Assembly (NCBI GenBank): GCA_038087875.1
Contig: CM075993.1
Span: 11,720,001-11,784,000, forward strand
Reading direction: 5' to 3'
DNA length: 64,000 nucleotides
Source: Malacoraja senta
Taxonomy: Eukaryota
A program made the position numbers and the translations under genes. Shown piece by piece: positions 25,097 to 36,340 of the stretch. Numbering within the stretch: position 1 is the stretch's first letter; each line of letters starts with the position of its first letter. The notes beneath the pieces are model-generated. The model searched no databases and was not told where the DNA came from. It was given only the letters and a program-made list of their open reading frames with translations.

Positions 25097-25340
25097 GCAT
25101 CTATGGAGCGAAGGAATAGGTGATGTTCGGGTCGAGACCCAGAAGCATCTATGGAGCGAAGGAATAGGTGACGTTTCGGGTCGAGACCCGGAAGCATCTA
25201 TGGAGCGAAGGAATAGGTGACATTTCGGGTCGAGACCCGGAAGCATCTATGGAGCGAAGGAATAGGTGACATTTCGGGTCGAGACCCGGAAGCATCTATG
25301 GAGCGAAGGAATAGGTGATGTTTCGGGTCGAGACCCGGAA
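25097..25340. repeat. Five tandem 49-bp units derived from the Penelope terminal repeat, inside a fold-back (25069-25450)
   Basis: Unit GCATCTATGGAGCGAAGGAATAGGTGACGTTTCGGGTCGAGACCCGGAA starts at 25097, 25145, 25194, 25243 and 25292. Confidence 0.92.
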
Positions 25341-26499
25341 GGGTCTCAACCCGAAATGTCACCTATTCCTTCGCTCCATAGATGCTGCCTCCCCCGCTGA
25401 GTTTCTCCAGCATTTTTATCTACTTTGATTTTTCCAGCATCTGCAGTTCCTCTTAAAGATCAATATGAATGCTCTGCACGTAAGCTGCTACCTTGCAACA
25501 TATATTTTCAGAAATATGAGTTCAAATTGTACACTTCCCAAACAAACACAGGGTTCCCCCTGTGAATATTGTGACACATTTCGTCAGCTTTTCTGTTTGT
25601 TTGCAAAGATAACCATACTTTTCCAATTTGTATTCCACCCGCCATTTCTCACCCATTCACTCAGCTTGTCCATATTCCCTCAAGGCCTCTCTACGCCCTG
25701 CTCCAAACCGTCTAGTTTAGCTTCATCGGCAAACTTGCAGATATATTTGTTCCCTACGGCCAAAATGCTGATATACACCATGACTAACCTGGCCCAAGAG
25801 CGTTCCTTGGACTACCCTGGTTGGCACCCTACAATGGCTCTTGCCCTCTCACTCCAAGTGTCTAAACGACCTTCAAGCCCCTTTTCATGTTTCTCACATC
25901 TCACAAACTTTAGTCGAGGGCGGTGAATCTGTGGAAGTCATTGCCACAGACGGCTGTGGAGGCCAAGTCAATTGTATTTTTAAAGCAGATATTGACATAT
26001 TCTTGATTAGTACGGGTGTCAGGGTTTATAGGGAGAAGGCAGGAGAATGGGGGTGAGAGGGAAAGATAGATCAGCCGTGATTGAATGGCAGAGTAGACTT
26101 GTTGGGCCAAATGGGCCGATTCTGCTCCTCGAACTAATGAACCTATCTGGTTTTGCATCATTAACAGAAATATTACATTCACTTCCTTGATCTTTAACTT
26201 TCCTTATGACACTGGAAGAGGCCCATCGGTCCATTGGGTGCTTGCTAGCTCTCAGACAATTCCATCGATTCCTCCCACCCATCTACACTGAGACAATTGT
26301 GAAGCACAGAAACAGGCATTGTTTGAGGCAGTGCTTTGTACTGTGATGTATGACCAGGAGCAGTTCACGAAGCAGATGCAATTATTTAAAAGGCAGCGGG
26401 AGGAATTTGTGAGGCCCTCGAAGAGCGGGGGGGGGGAAAGGGATTAGTTGGAATGATTTTAAGAGTCCTTGACTGCCTCTGCCGTGTAACCACTCTGTG

Positions 26500-26905
26500 A
26501 CTGGGCTTGTACACTCTGGAATTTAGAAGGATGAGAGGGCATCTCATTGAAACATATAAGATTATAAAGGGTTGGACACGCTAGAGGCAGGAAACATGTT
26601 CCCGATGTTGGGGGAGTCCAGAACCAGGGGCCACAGTTTAAGAATAAGGGGTAAGCCATTTAGAACGGAGATGAGGAAACACACAGTTGTGAGTCTGTGG
26701 AATTCTCTGCCTCAGAGGGCGGTGGAGGCAGGTTCTCTGGATACTTTCAAGCGAGAGCTAGATAAGGGTCTTAAAGTAGCGGAGTCAGGGGATATGGGGA
26801 GAAGGCAGGAACGGGGTACTGATTGGGGATGATCAGCCATGATCACATTGAATGACGGTGCTGGCTCGAAGGGACGATGGCTACTCCTGCACCTATTGCC
26901 TATTG
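26500..26905 (+). mobile_element. CR1 LINE 3' end
   Basis: LDTLEAGNMFPMLGESRTRGHSLRIRGKPFRTEMRK. Confidence 0.88.
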
Positions 26906-27483
26906 AACAAGAGCATTGTTTGTCCCAGCTGACAGGAGAGCCACACTGCAGTATGGCATCATAACCACCAGAGGGAATGTGAAGTCACAGCACCGTACGG
27001 TTACATGTAGGAAAGAACTGCAGATGTTAATTTACAATGTAGACACAAAATGCTGAAGTAATTTAGCGGACAGGCAATCTCTCTGGGTAGAAGGAACGGG
27101 TGACGCTTCCGGTCGAGGACCTTCTTAAGACTGCTGCAGATGTATGATTACATTGGCTGATGCTGACCACGGCTGCTTTGTACGAGGGGAATCACGGGAT
27201 TCAGGCCCATTATCAGGTCCATGATGATCATTTTGCCCATCTACACTAATCCCAGTTACCTCCATTCTAGTTATTGGCCATTTAGTGTCTGCTTAAATGT
27301 CTCTTAAATGTAGTGAGTGTACCATCTGATTCCACCACCTCCTCTGGCACTGGGCTCCCCAGATATCAACCATTCTGTGTAAAAAATCATATCCCTCAGA
27401 TTCCGGCTGAAACTCCTTCCTCTCACGTTTAACCGATGCAACCTTGCTTTTGATGGCCCTGCCATGGGTACAAGTACAAGTTT

Positions 27484-27764
27484 AGGGCAGCACAGTGGTG
27501 CAGTTCCTGCCTTAGGATGGCAGAGACCTGGGTTCGATCCTGACTACTGGTGCTGTCTGTACGGAGTTTGTACGTTCTCCGGCGTGGTTTTCTCCGGGTA
27601 CTCCGGTTTCCCCCACGCCCAGGCTTGTTGGTTAATTGCTGCGGTGAAATTGTAACTTATCCCTAGTGCGTGTAGGATAGTGTTAGTGCGCAGGGATCAC
27701 TGGTCGCCGTGGACTCGGTGGGTCGAAGGGCCTGTTTTTGCGCTGTATCTCTAAACTAAACTAA
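27484..27764 (+). mobile_element. V-SINE
   Basis: B box, V-domain, (CTAAA)n tail. Confidence 0.8.
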
Positions 27765-28085
27765 ATTTTGATCATCTACTCTACCAATGCAGCATAATCA
27801 TATGACCCTTGTTCTCCCTAGGGTGACGGGTTAACCCATGCCCCCCCTTCACTCCAGGGAAAACAAGCCCAGTCTATTCAATCAGGATCGAACCCGGGTC
27901 TCAATATGACCCAATCTATGAAGGCAAGCATGACGTATGCTTTATTCACCACCCTATCATCCTGTGTAAAAACTGGAGACATTGAACATGACTGATGTCT
28001 ACAATGACGAATTAAGAAAGAAATCTTCCAAGAACAAGCTGCATGAGCTGCAACTGTTGACTTCCCGTTCAATGAGAATATTTAC

Positions 28086-28174
28086 CTTGGCCACAACGTC
28101 ATTCTGGAGGGTCACTTTTTCACTAAACCTTCCGTCTCATTTCTTGGGCTTGTAAAAGCAATCAGTGACTGATC
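28086..28174 (-). CDS. VPS13C: VPS13C coding exon (DQSLIAFTSPRNETEGLVK[K]VTLQNDVVAK) with an apparent 1-nt deletion in the A-run at 28116-28120
   Basis: cttttccag|GAT...GCCAAG|gtaaat. Length is 89 nt where 3n is needed; adding one A to the A5 run restores the frame into the last exon. Confidence 0.78.
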
Positions 28175-28379
28175 CTGGAAAAGAACCAAACACATCGTTG
28201 CCATTGTTAATAGTTGTTTCATTTTTGTACATTTCTCCTGGCAAGCTAAGTAATATTCCCGATCCCGAGTTAAATTGTAACTACAAGAATGAGCTGAGGT
28301 AGTGGATGGACAGGCAATGCAGAGCAAGGTGGTCACTCCGCCCAGATTTAAAAATAAATTAAATGCTGGTAAGTAATTA

Positions 28380-28665
28380 TGGCGGCACAGTGTTAGAGCT
28401 GCTGCCTCACAGTGCCAGAGACCCGGGTTCAATCATCACCTGTGTGTGGAGTTTGCACGTTCTCCCTGTGACTGCCTGTTTCCTCCGGCTGCTCCGGTTT
28501 CCTTCCACATCCCAAAGATGTGCGGGTGTGTAGGTTAATTGCCCTCTGCATATTGCCCCCACTGTGTAGTGAGTGCAAAGTAGGAAAACATAGAACTAGT
28601 GCGAACGGGTGATCGATGGTCAGCGTGGACTTGATGGGCCGAAGGGCCTGCTTCCATGCTGAATG
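28380..28665 (+). mobile_element. V-SINE
   Basis: Head GGCGGCACAGTG..GCTGCCTCACAG and V-domain. Confidence 0.8.
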
Positions 28666-28819
28666 ACTATAAATGGTCGATAACCAGAGCTTGAGTTCAG
28701 GGACCAACCACTGGGTTTCAGGAAGTGTATGCACCTTTAGTTCTAGTTTTACAGATACAGTACGGAAACAGGCCCTTCGGCCCACCAAGCCCGTGCCAAC
28801 CTGCGATCCCCACAGTTAA

Positions 28820-29507
28820 GGGGCTGTCCCACTGCAGCAACCTAATCTGCGAGTTTAGAAGAGTTTGCCCTCGACTCAAACTCGCAGCATGGTCGACACG
28901 TGGTCCTAGGAGGTCCTATGAGGTCACTGGAACTCTCCTTCATGCTCGAGGGAAGATCCCGAATACTCACGGCCTCAGCTAGGTCGCGGAAAATTTTTCA
29001 GCATGTTGAAAAATTTTACGTAAGTAAAATTTGGTCGGCATGGTTCTTTTTGACTCGTAGTGCAGTGGAGTGGGGTCGCTATTTAGTTACAGGCAGTCGA
29101 GGGCAGCCGTAGGCAATCTCCTTCGCTGACCGGGCATTTTAATTGGCTCATTGGAGTTTTCAGGACTCAGGAAAATGCCCGCTAAACTTTATTACACTTC
29201 TTAACAGTGGCTCCACTCCTTCTCCCCCCCTCTCTCTCCCCTCCCTCCGCACTCTCTAAAGGACTTACCGTGCAGCCGTCTTTCTTCCTCTTCATCGCGG
29301 GTGTGAATTTCAGACAGCGCTCCCCGCTTTCCCTGGCCCCCGCCTTTGCGATGTGTTTGTGTGTGCGTGTGCGCGCTGCCGGTCGATCCAGTTTGCGATT
29401 TCAACGCTGACGGTCGATCCAGCTCGAGGTTTTCCAGGCGAGTGCCCTCGAGCTTGAAGGTCGAAGACACTAACTCGCGGATTAGGTCGCCGCAGTGGGA
29501 CAGCCCC
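28820..29507. mobile_element. About 690-bp MITE with ~35-bp TIRs at a TTAA site (Kolobok- or Harbinger-like; superfamily unresolved)
   Basis: TTAA|GGGGCTGTCCCACTGCAGCAACCTAATCTGCGAGTT ... AACTCGCGGATTAGGTCGCCGCAGTGGGACAGCCCC|TTAA. Confidence 0.88.
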
Positions 29508-29528
29508 TTAACACTATCCTACACACTA

Positions 29529-29872
29529 ATAATAATGATAATAATGGATGGGATTTATATAGCGCCTTTCTAATACTCAAGGCGCTTTACATCGCATTAT
29601 TCATTCACTCCTCAGTCACACTCGGTGGTGGTAAGCTACTTCTGTAGCCACAGCTGCCCTGGGGCAGACTGACGGAAGCGTGGCTGCTAATCTGCGCCTA
29701 CGGCCCCTCCGACCACCACCAATCACTCACACACATTCACACGCAGGCAAAGGTGGGTGAAGTGGTCTTGCCCAAGGACACAACGACAGAATGCACTCCA
29801 AGCGGGATTCGAACCGGCTACCTTCCCGGTTGCCAGCCGAACACTTAGCCCATTGCGCCATCTGTCGTCCCG
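29529..29872 (-). mobile_element. tRNA-derived CORE-SINE with an L2-type tail (AFC-like)
   Basis: Minus strand A box TGGCGCAATGG, B box GGTTCGAATCC, CORE motif GTGTCCTTGGGCAAGAC, tail GTAAAGCGCCTTGAGTATTAGAAAGGCGCTATATAAAT..(ATT)n. Confidence 0.8.
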
Positions 29873-30394
29873 AGGGACAATTTACAATTTTACACTAGGG
29901 ACAATTTACAATTTTAACAAGCCAAATCACCGTACAAACTTGTAAGTTTTTAGAGTGTGGGAGGAAAGAGCACTCGGGGTAAACCCACGCGGTCACAGTG
30001 GGAACGTATAAACTCCATACAGACAGCACCCGTAGTCAGGATTGAACCCGGGTCTCTGGCACTGTTAGGGAGTAACTCTACCACTGTGCCACCCTAGTTG
30101 GGAGGTGCAAGAGAACAGGTGGGCCCTTCACTAGCCCCCAGCCTTCTCATGCTGGAAATGCAAAGTCCGTGCAGTCTTCCACAATCCCTAGCGCACAAAG
30201 TTTAATGCTTCAGACTGCTCTACTTGATCGGTTGATTTTGTAATCCACATTCTGGATGCGAGTGACTCTGGACAAATATTGTAATGTGAAAAGGCATGTA
30301 AATGAGACAAGATTGTGCTATGAACAGCCTAAAACAACATTTTAGACAGGCTGTTGTTCGATCTTCCAGTTTGATGGACCATTCATTCATGGGA

Positions 30395-30793
30395 GATCTC
30401 TCGGTTGCCAAACACGTTACCTCCCCTTCCAATTCCCACACTGACCTTTTTGTCCTGGGCCTCTTCCACTGTCAGAGTGAGGCCCAATGCAAATTGGAGG
30501 AACAGCACCTCATATTTTGCTTGGGCAGCTTACAACCCAACAGTATGAATATCAAAGAAACCCTTTCATTCCCTCTCTCTTCATCCCTTCCTCCACCCTA
30601 GCTGTTGTACTAGTTTCACTGTCGTTCTGCTGAGCTTCACTGTTTGTATCCACTTGTTATCACGCTCACCACAGCCAACAATGGCCCATTGTTTGACCAT
30701 CCTTTCCATCTTTCCACCAAGCTCCACCTGAATTACTCCAGCATTTTGTGTCTATCTCCAGTGTAAACCAGCATCTGCAGTTCCTTCCTACAC
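30395..30793 (+). mobile_element. Penelope-like element 3' end (GIY-YIG C-terminus, UTR, partial terminal repeat)
   Basis: SVAKHVTSPSNSHTDLFVLGLFHCQSEAQCKLEEQHLIFCLGSLQPNSMNI. Confidence 0.78.
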
Positions 30794-31449
30794 ATTTTCT
30801 TTGTTCTTTGTGTATTTCAGCTTTTGCCGCCAGAGATTCTTTCCCCTAATTTCTTGTCGGAAGTCCAAAGATTCCCTATTTATGATGAAACCTCGTACTT
30901 GAATGGAAAATCACAAGACTTGAAAAGTTTTGATTGAGGAACTGGAGGAAGGAACTTGTAGCATGTGGATTTTAACAGGACATTGGCCTCTGATCATCAT
31001 ATTCACCAAAATTCACCTAGCATTGCGATTAGCCAAATATTAGCATGTATAGGATGTTTGGAACTTCCACCATGCCTTATTAGAGAGGAATAGATCGGGT
31101 AGATGCACAGAATCTCTTGCCCAAAGTAGGGGAATGGACGACCAGAGGACATAGGTACACGGTGAAGGGGAAAAGATTTAATAGGAATCTGAGGGGTAAC
31201 CTTTTCACACAAAAGGTGGTGCGTATGGAACAAGCTGCCAGAGGAGGTAGTTGAGGCTGGGACTATCGCAACGTTTAAGAAACAGTTAGATAGGTACATG
31301 GATAGGACAAGATTGGAGTGATATGGGTGGGACTAGTGTAGCTGGGACATGTTGGCTGATATGGGCAAAGTTTGGCAAAGGGCCTGTTTGCACACTATGA
31401 CTCTATTAAAGCCATGCCAGGTGCAGTTGCGGCATTCTACACAATGTAC

Positions 31450-31569
31450 CTTGACATACAAGCTCAGCACACTCCCGTCCAACGTTGGAGGCCGGATAAT
31501 TCATCATACGAGTAATTCCAATCACTACACGGATTGCACAGGATCTCATCACATATGTAGATCACTCTC
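31450..31569 (-). CDS. VPS13C: VPS13C coding exon (RVIYICDEILCNPCSDWNYSYDE[F]IRPPTLDGSVLSLYVK) with an apparent 1-nt deletion near 31498
   Basis: ctttcag|G AGA GTG...GTC AAG|gtacat. Length is 120 nt where 3n+1 is needed; restoring GAA TTT ATC gives continuous similarity to VPS13C (DW.....F..PP......L...VK). Confidence 0.82.
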
Positions 31570-31695
31570 CTGAAAGAAAGCATTTCAAAACAAGAGAATG
31601 CAAGTCAATATTTGTATGGAAGTAAGTCAGTGAATGAAACAGGTTTCCATTACCACACACTAGGCAACCATATAGTGTTAATCTGAATTGTGGGA

Positions 31696-32125
31696 TGTCG
31701 GGACTGTCATATGCTGAGAGAATGGAGCGGCTGGGCTTGTACACTCTGGAGTTTAGAAGGATGAGAGGGCATCTTATTGAAACATATAAGATTGTTAAGG
31801 GTTTGGACACGCAATAGGCAGGGAACATGTCCCCGATGTTGGGGGAGTCCAGAACCAGGGTCTACAGTTTAAGAATAAGGAGTAAGCCATTTAGAACGGA
31901 GATGAGGAAACACTTTTTCTCACAGGGAGTGGTGAGCCTGTGGAATTCTCTGCCTCAGAGGGCAGTGGAGGCCGGTTCTCTGGATACTTTCAAGAGAGAG
32001 CTAGATAGGGCTCTTAAAGATTGCGGAGTCAGGGGATATGGGGAGAAGGCAGGAACTGGGTACTGATTGGGGATGATCAGCCATGATCACATTGAATGGC
32101 GTACTCCTGCACCTATTGTCTATTG
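31696..32125 (+). mobile_element. CR1 LINE 3' end
   Basis: GLSYAERMERLGLYTLEFRRMRGHLIETYKI...GYGEKAGTGY*. Confidence 0.9.
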
Positions 32126-32126
32126 T

Positions 32127-32450
32127 GTTTTTTTTTGAACAAAAATCTATTTATTCAATTATTAACAATAATAATATTTACAATGCAAACAGTGTGAACA
32201 CACCCACCACTAAATACAAAAATGACCAAATATTCTTAATACTAAATAACTATATTACAATCCTGGTCCAGGATGCAGTCAACCCCCCCACGGTACATGG
32301 AAATCCCCCCTGGTGCCCGTGGACACTGTATGATCCAGGGAAATCCCCCCTGGTGCCCGTGGACACTGTGTGATCCATTTCGAGGGACACCCTGGCACAG
32401 ACATAACCCCGGATAAAGGTGCAGGCAGTCTATGCAGGCAAAGCCCCCTT
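32127..32450 (-). mobile_element. Tx1-like LINE 3' fragment with an internal 40-bp tandem duplication (32299-32377)
   Basis: Minus frame GYV.ARVSLE.DH.VSTGT..DF...GVDCILD; the GGAAATCCCCCCTGGTGCCCGTGGACACTGT unit is repeated. Confidence 0.5.
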
Positions 32451-32549
32451 CTGCTGGTCCCGTTGTTGAACTGACCTACACAACAAGGTCAAACTTTCAT
32501 AACTCTGGAAGGATACAGCTATTTTTCTGATTTAAGGGAATCATACATT

Positions 32550-32975
32550 TTCAATCAATCAAAGACTGTATTGTCATTCAAAAATACACCAACAAATGCA
32601 AGTCTGAACGAAATTTCGTTGCATCTGGCTCACCGTGCAACATAAAATAACAAAAGGATAAAATAGATAAAATAGATACTAGGGGCGGCACATTATATAG
32701 AATTCAAGAGTCTGATGGCTCGGGGGAAGAAGCTGTTGCAGAACCTGGCCGTTCTGCTCATTATACTACGCTACCTTTTGCCCGAGGGCAGCAGAGTGAA
32801 CAGTCCATGATGGAGATGTGTGGGGGCTTTTATAATGCTGTTGGCCTTGGACAAGCAACGTTTGCATGCAATGTCCCCGATTGAAGGAAGAGAAGTCCCG
32901 ATGATTTTTTCAGCCGTCCTCATCACTCTCTGCATGGACTCGGAGGCTTTGCAGTCCCCAAACCAGACAGAGATT
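32550..32975 (-). mobile_element. Rex1/Babar LINE 3' end
   Basis: Minus strand LQRV...AEKIIG.SLPSI.DI..KRCL.KA.SIIK.P.H..HGLFTLLPSGKR.RSI..RT.RF.NSFFP. Confidence 0.75.
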
Positions 32976-33184
32976 TTAAATGATAATCTAACTAAATATT
33001 TGAGGTTTAATTAATTTAGGGTTTAATCACAAATTTGGGGAGGGGCGGTGATTTCCCAGCTAACACCACGCAGATTAAAATTAATCAATACCAGTACATA
33101 TTTCCATGAAAGTGACTGATAAATAAGGTGGTGAAGGAAGCATATGGCATCTCTGGACAGGCATTGAGTACAGGAGTTTAGACT

Positions 33185-33460
33185 TTCGAGATAGTGCCTG
33201 GAAACGGGCACTTTGGCCCATCGAGTCCCCACCGACCAGCGATCAACTCGTACACTAGTTATATCCTACACATTTGGGACAGTTTACAATTTGCAGAAGC
33301 CAAATAACGTACGTCTTTGGAGTGCGGGAGGAAACTGGAGCACCTTAAGAAAACCCACATGGTCACGGGGAGAACGTATAAACTCCGTACAGACAGCACT
33401 CGTAGTCACGATCGAACCCGGGTCTCTGGCGCTGTAAGGCAGCAACTCTACCGCTGCACC
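33185..33460 (-). mobile_element. V-SINE
   Basis: Head and V-domain on the minus strand. Confidence 0.78.
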
Positions 33461-34512
33461 ACTATTATAGATGAGATGCCACTAATTTCATCTGCTTGCA
33501 ACGTGATCCATATCCCTCCATATCCTTGTGCCTATCTAAAAACCACTTAAATGCCACTATCATACCTGCCTTCAGCACCATGTTCCAGATGCCCACCACT
33601 CTGTGTAAAAACCTTGCCCCGTACATCTCTAACAAACGTTGCCCCTCTCACCTTAAAGCTGGGGTCAAGGAAAGACCATTCACATTGCCGCTCTGTTTCC
33701 ACCACTACGCACAACAAGCGGAAGACGCCATTGTATGCAGATGGCGAGGAGTGTGTTCTGCTCTGGCTGAACAATTTCTAATCTTGTGATGTGGACGATA
33801 AGAAGACCTTAAAGCTATGGCCTCTGGTCTTTGACATTTCTACCTTGGGGAAAAAGATTCTGACTGTCCACCGCATCTATGCTGCTCATAGTTGTATATA
33901 TTTCTATCAGGTCACCCTGTACTCTGGTGTTCTAGAGAAAACAATTCAAGTTTGTCCAACCTCTCCTTGTAGCTAATCCCGGCAGCATTCCGGTAAACAT
34001 CTCCAAAGCCTCCATATCCTTCCTGTAATGGGGCAACCAGAACTGCACACAACACTCTAAATGACGTCTAAGATGTCATGAAGGTGGGTTAGTTTGGTCG
34101 GCATTGACAAGTTGGTCTGAATGGCCCGTTTCAGTGCAGCATGACTCTGTGAAATCTTCTCTAGATTTGTAGCACAGGTCTGTGAACCAGGATTGAGAAG
34201 ATTGAAGATGGACATAAATGAAGGAAGGGTGACGATCCAGAGGACAATGAACGTTAATGTCCAAAAGCTGCTTTTAGCCACAAAGATGAGTACCAATCTC
34301 CCTGATTCCTTCACATTCGACAATCCTCCTTTTCACCTTCACCATCACCTACTCCCAAATCATATACCAGCGCTCATACTACATAGCTTACGATTAAATT
34401 AGTGAGTTTGCAATCCCACATGAAGGATGTAGATGAAGACACAAGAAACTCCACTGTATTCTCAGAAAAACATGGGAATAGCATAGACATAATGGGCCAG
34501 ACAACTTCCTGT

Positions 34513-34785
34513 AGGGTGGCATGGTGATGCAGCGGTAGAGGTTCGAACCTGACTACAGGTGCTGTCTGTACAGTTTGTACATTCTCTCAGTGAGCGTGTG
34601 GGTTTTTCCTGGGTGCTCCGGTTTCCTCTCACACTCCAAATACGTACAGGTTTGTACATTAATTTGGCTTTGCTAAAGAAATGTGTAAACTGTCCCTAGT
34701 GTGTGGAATAGTGCTAGTGTACGGGGTTTGCTGGTCTTCGCGGACTCAGTGGTTGAAGGGTCTGTTTCCGCTCTGTATCTCTAAA
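34513..34785 (+). mobile_element. V-SINE with internal deletion
   Basis: V-domain and tail. Confidence 0.75.
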
Positions 34786-35222
34786 GGAAACCAAATTAAG
34801 TGAAAGAAAAAAAAAACGATGGAAGGAGATTTTTGAGCCTGCTTTGCCCTTCAATATTGATCACGGCTGACCACTCAACTTCATAGTCTGTTCCTGCTTC
34901 TCTCAATAACCCTCCACCACTTGGGCATTCAAAGATAGAGTCATAGTCATACAGCGTGGAAACAGGTCCTTCACCCCAACTTGCCCACACTGGCCAACAT
35001 GCCCCATCTACACTAGTCCCACCTACCTGCATTTGGCCCATATCTCTCTAAACCTGTCCTATCCACGTACCTAAATGTTTCTAAAACAGCCAACTCCTTT
35101 ATGAATATAGTTAATGACTTGCCCCCTAGTCTTGTAACTACAGCCGCTAGTTTGTGATTCTCGGCATGTGACATATTGCATTATTGAACTGATGAAGTGT
35201 TGACTCTTGGTGTCCAGCGTAC

Positions 35223-35314
35223 CTGTTTGTGATGAGCAGATTCGTTTTTTTCTTCCCATACAATGGACAATGAAAACGATAGCGTTCCCCTTCAAATTTT
35301 TGAATGTCCAACCT
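35223..35314 (-). CDS. VPS13C: VPS13C coding exon (RLDIQKFEGERYRFHCPLYGKKKTNLLITN-R), start of PH-like domain
   Basis: ttacag|AGG...AACAG|gtacgc, 92 nt, phase 0 to 2; aligns by eye with the recalled human NHIKKLEGETYRYHCAIPGSKKTILMVTNR. Confidence 0.9.
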
Positions 35315-35976
35315 CTGTAACAAAATTCAAGTAATTTTCTTCAGTGACAATGCAAAAAAGGCCAGAATTTAAATAGATTACACACATCTTAGTTTGTGAC
35401 ACGTGCAGGCCGCAGCTGACGTTGGCATGGTTACTACTCAGCTTCAGCAGTTACGGGCAACTAGAGGAACATGCATGAGTTGAATGTTAGGACGGTGCGG
35501 TGTAACAAACCATCAAAGCCAAATAACTGTGATGCAGGCTCCACCCCCACCAGTTCCCACGGCTACCAACATGAGGTTTAGTCAGGCAGTGAGTGTAGAA
35601 TGAGAAGAGATGTGGAAATAATGTCCATCACAAGCATCACAAATTGATTTTGTACAACATCTATTAACCAGCTCACAATGTAACAGCTGTATCTCTAAAG
35701 TCTAAACTGGATTTCCAATCGCATGCTAGGTATGATGAATGCATGCAAATTAACTATTTGAACAAACACGTTTCTCTGTCACTCCAAGCCGTCCAAACCA
35801 ATACAAGTTTCAAGATGTTTCATTAATTGTTGGCCGCATCAAATAATCAATTATTTTACGCAAACTTAAAAGTCGATGTAACTTTGAGGAAGAAAGCATG
35901 CTGATGAAACCGTTGTAGTATTTTGTCAACCGCCATATATACACGGAGAGGAACCAACAACACTGAAAGAAACCCT

Positions 35977-36340
35977 TAGAAACATAGACAATAGGTGCAG
36001 GAGTAGGCCATTCGGCCCTTCGAGCCAGCACCGCCATTCAATATGATCATGGCTAATCATCCAAAATCAGTACCCCATTCCTACTTTCTTTCCATATCCT
36101 TTGATTCCGTTAGCCCTAAGAGCTAAACCTAGCTCTCTATTGAAAACATCCAGTTTGGCCTCCACTGTCTTCTGTGGCAGAGAATTCCACAGATTCACAA
36201 CTCTCTGGGTGATATTTTTTTTCCTCATCTCAGTCCTAAATGGCCTACCCCTTATTCTTAAATGGTGACCCCTGGTTCTGGACTCCCCCAGCATCGGGAA
36301 CATTTTTCCTGCCTTTAGCCTGTTCAATCCCTTAAGAAAT
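35977..36340 (-). mobile_element. CR1 LINE 3' end
   Basis: AGKMFPMLGESRTRGHHLRIRGRPFRTEMRK. Confidence 0.88.

Larger units (their letters stand above)
28738..30093 (-). mobile_element. V-SINE hosting a MITE and a CORE-SINE
   Basis: Tail at 28738-28815, resuming at 29512-29528 and 29873-30093. Confidence 0.8.

Noticed and set aside
25097..25340. CRISPR-like array
   Set aside because: Head-to-tail units without unique spacers, derived from the PLE repeat; eukaryotic context with no cas genes.
24840..31569. VPS13C as a pseudogene
   Set aside because: Only two homopolymer 1-nt deletions in an indel-rich assembly segment; splice sites and all other exons are intact.
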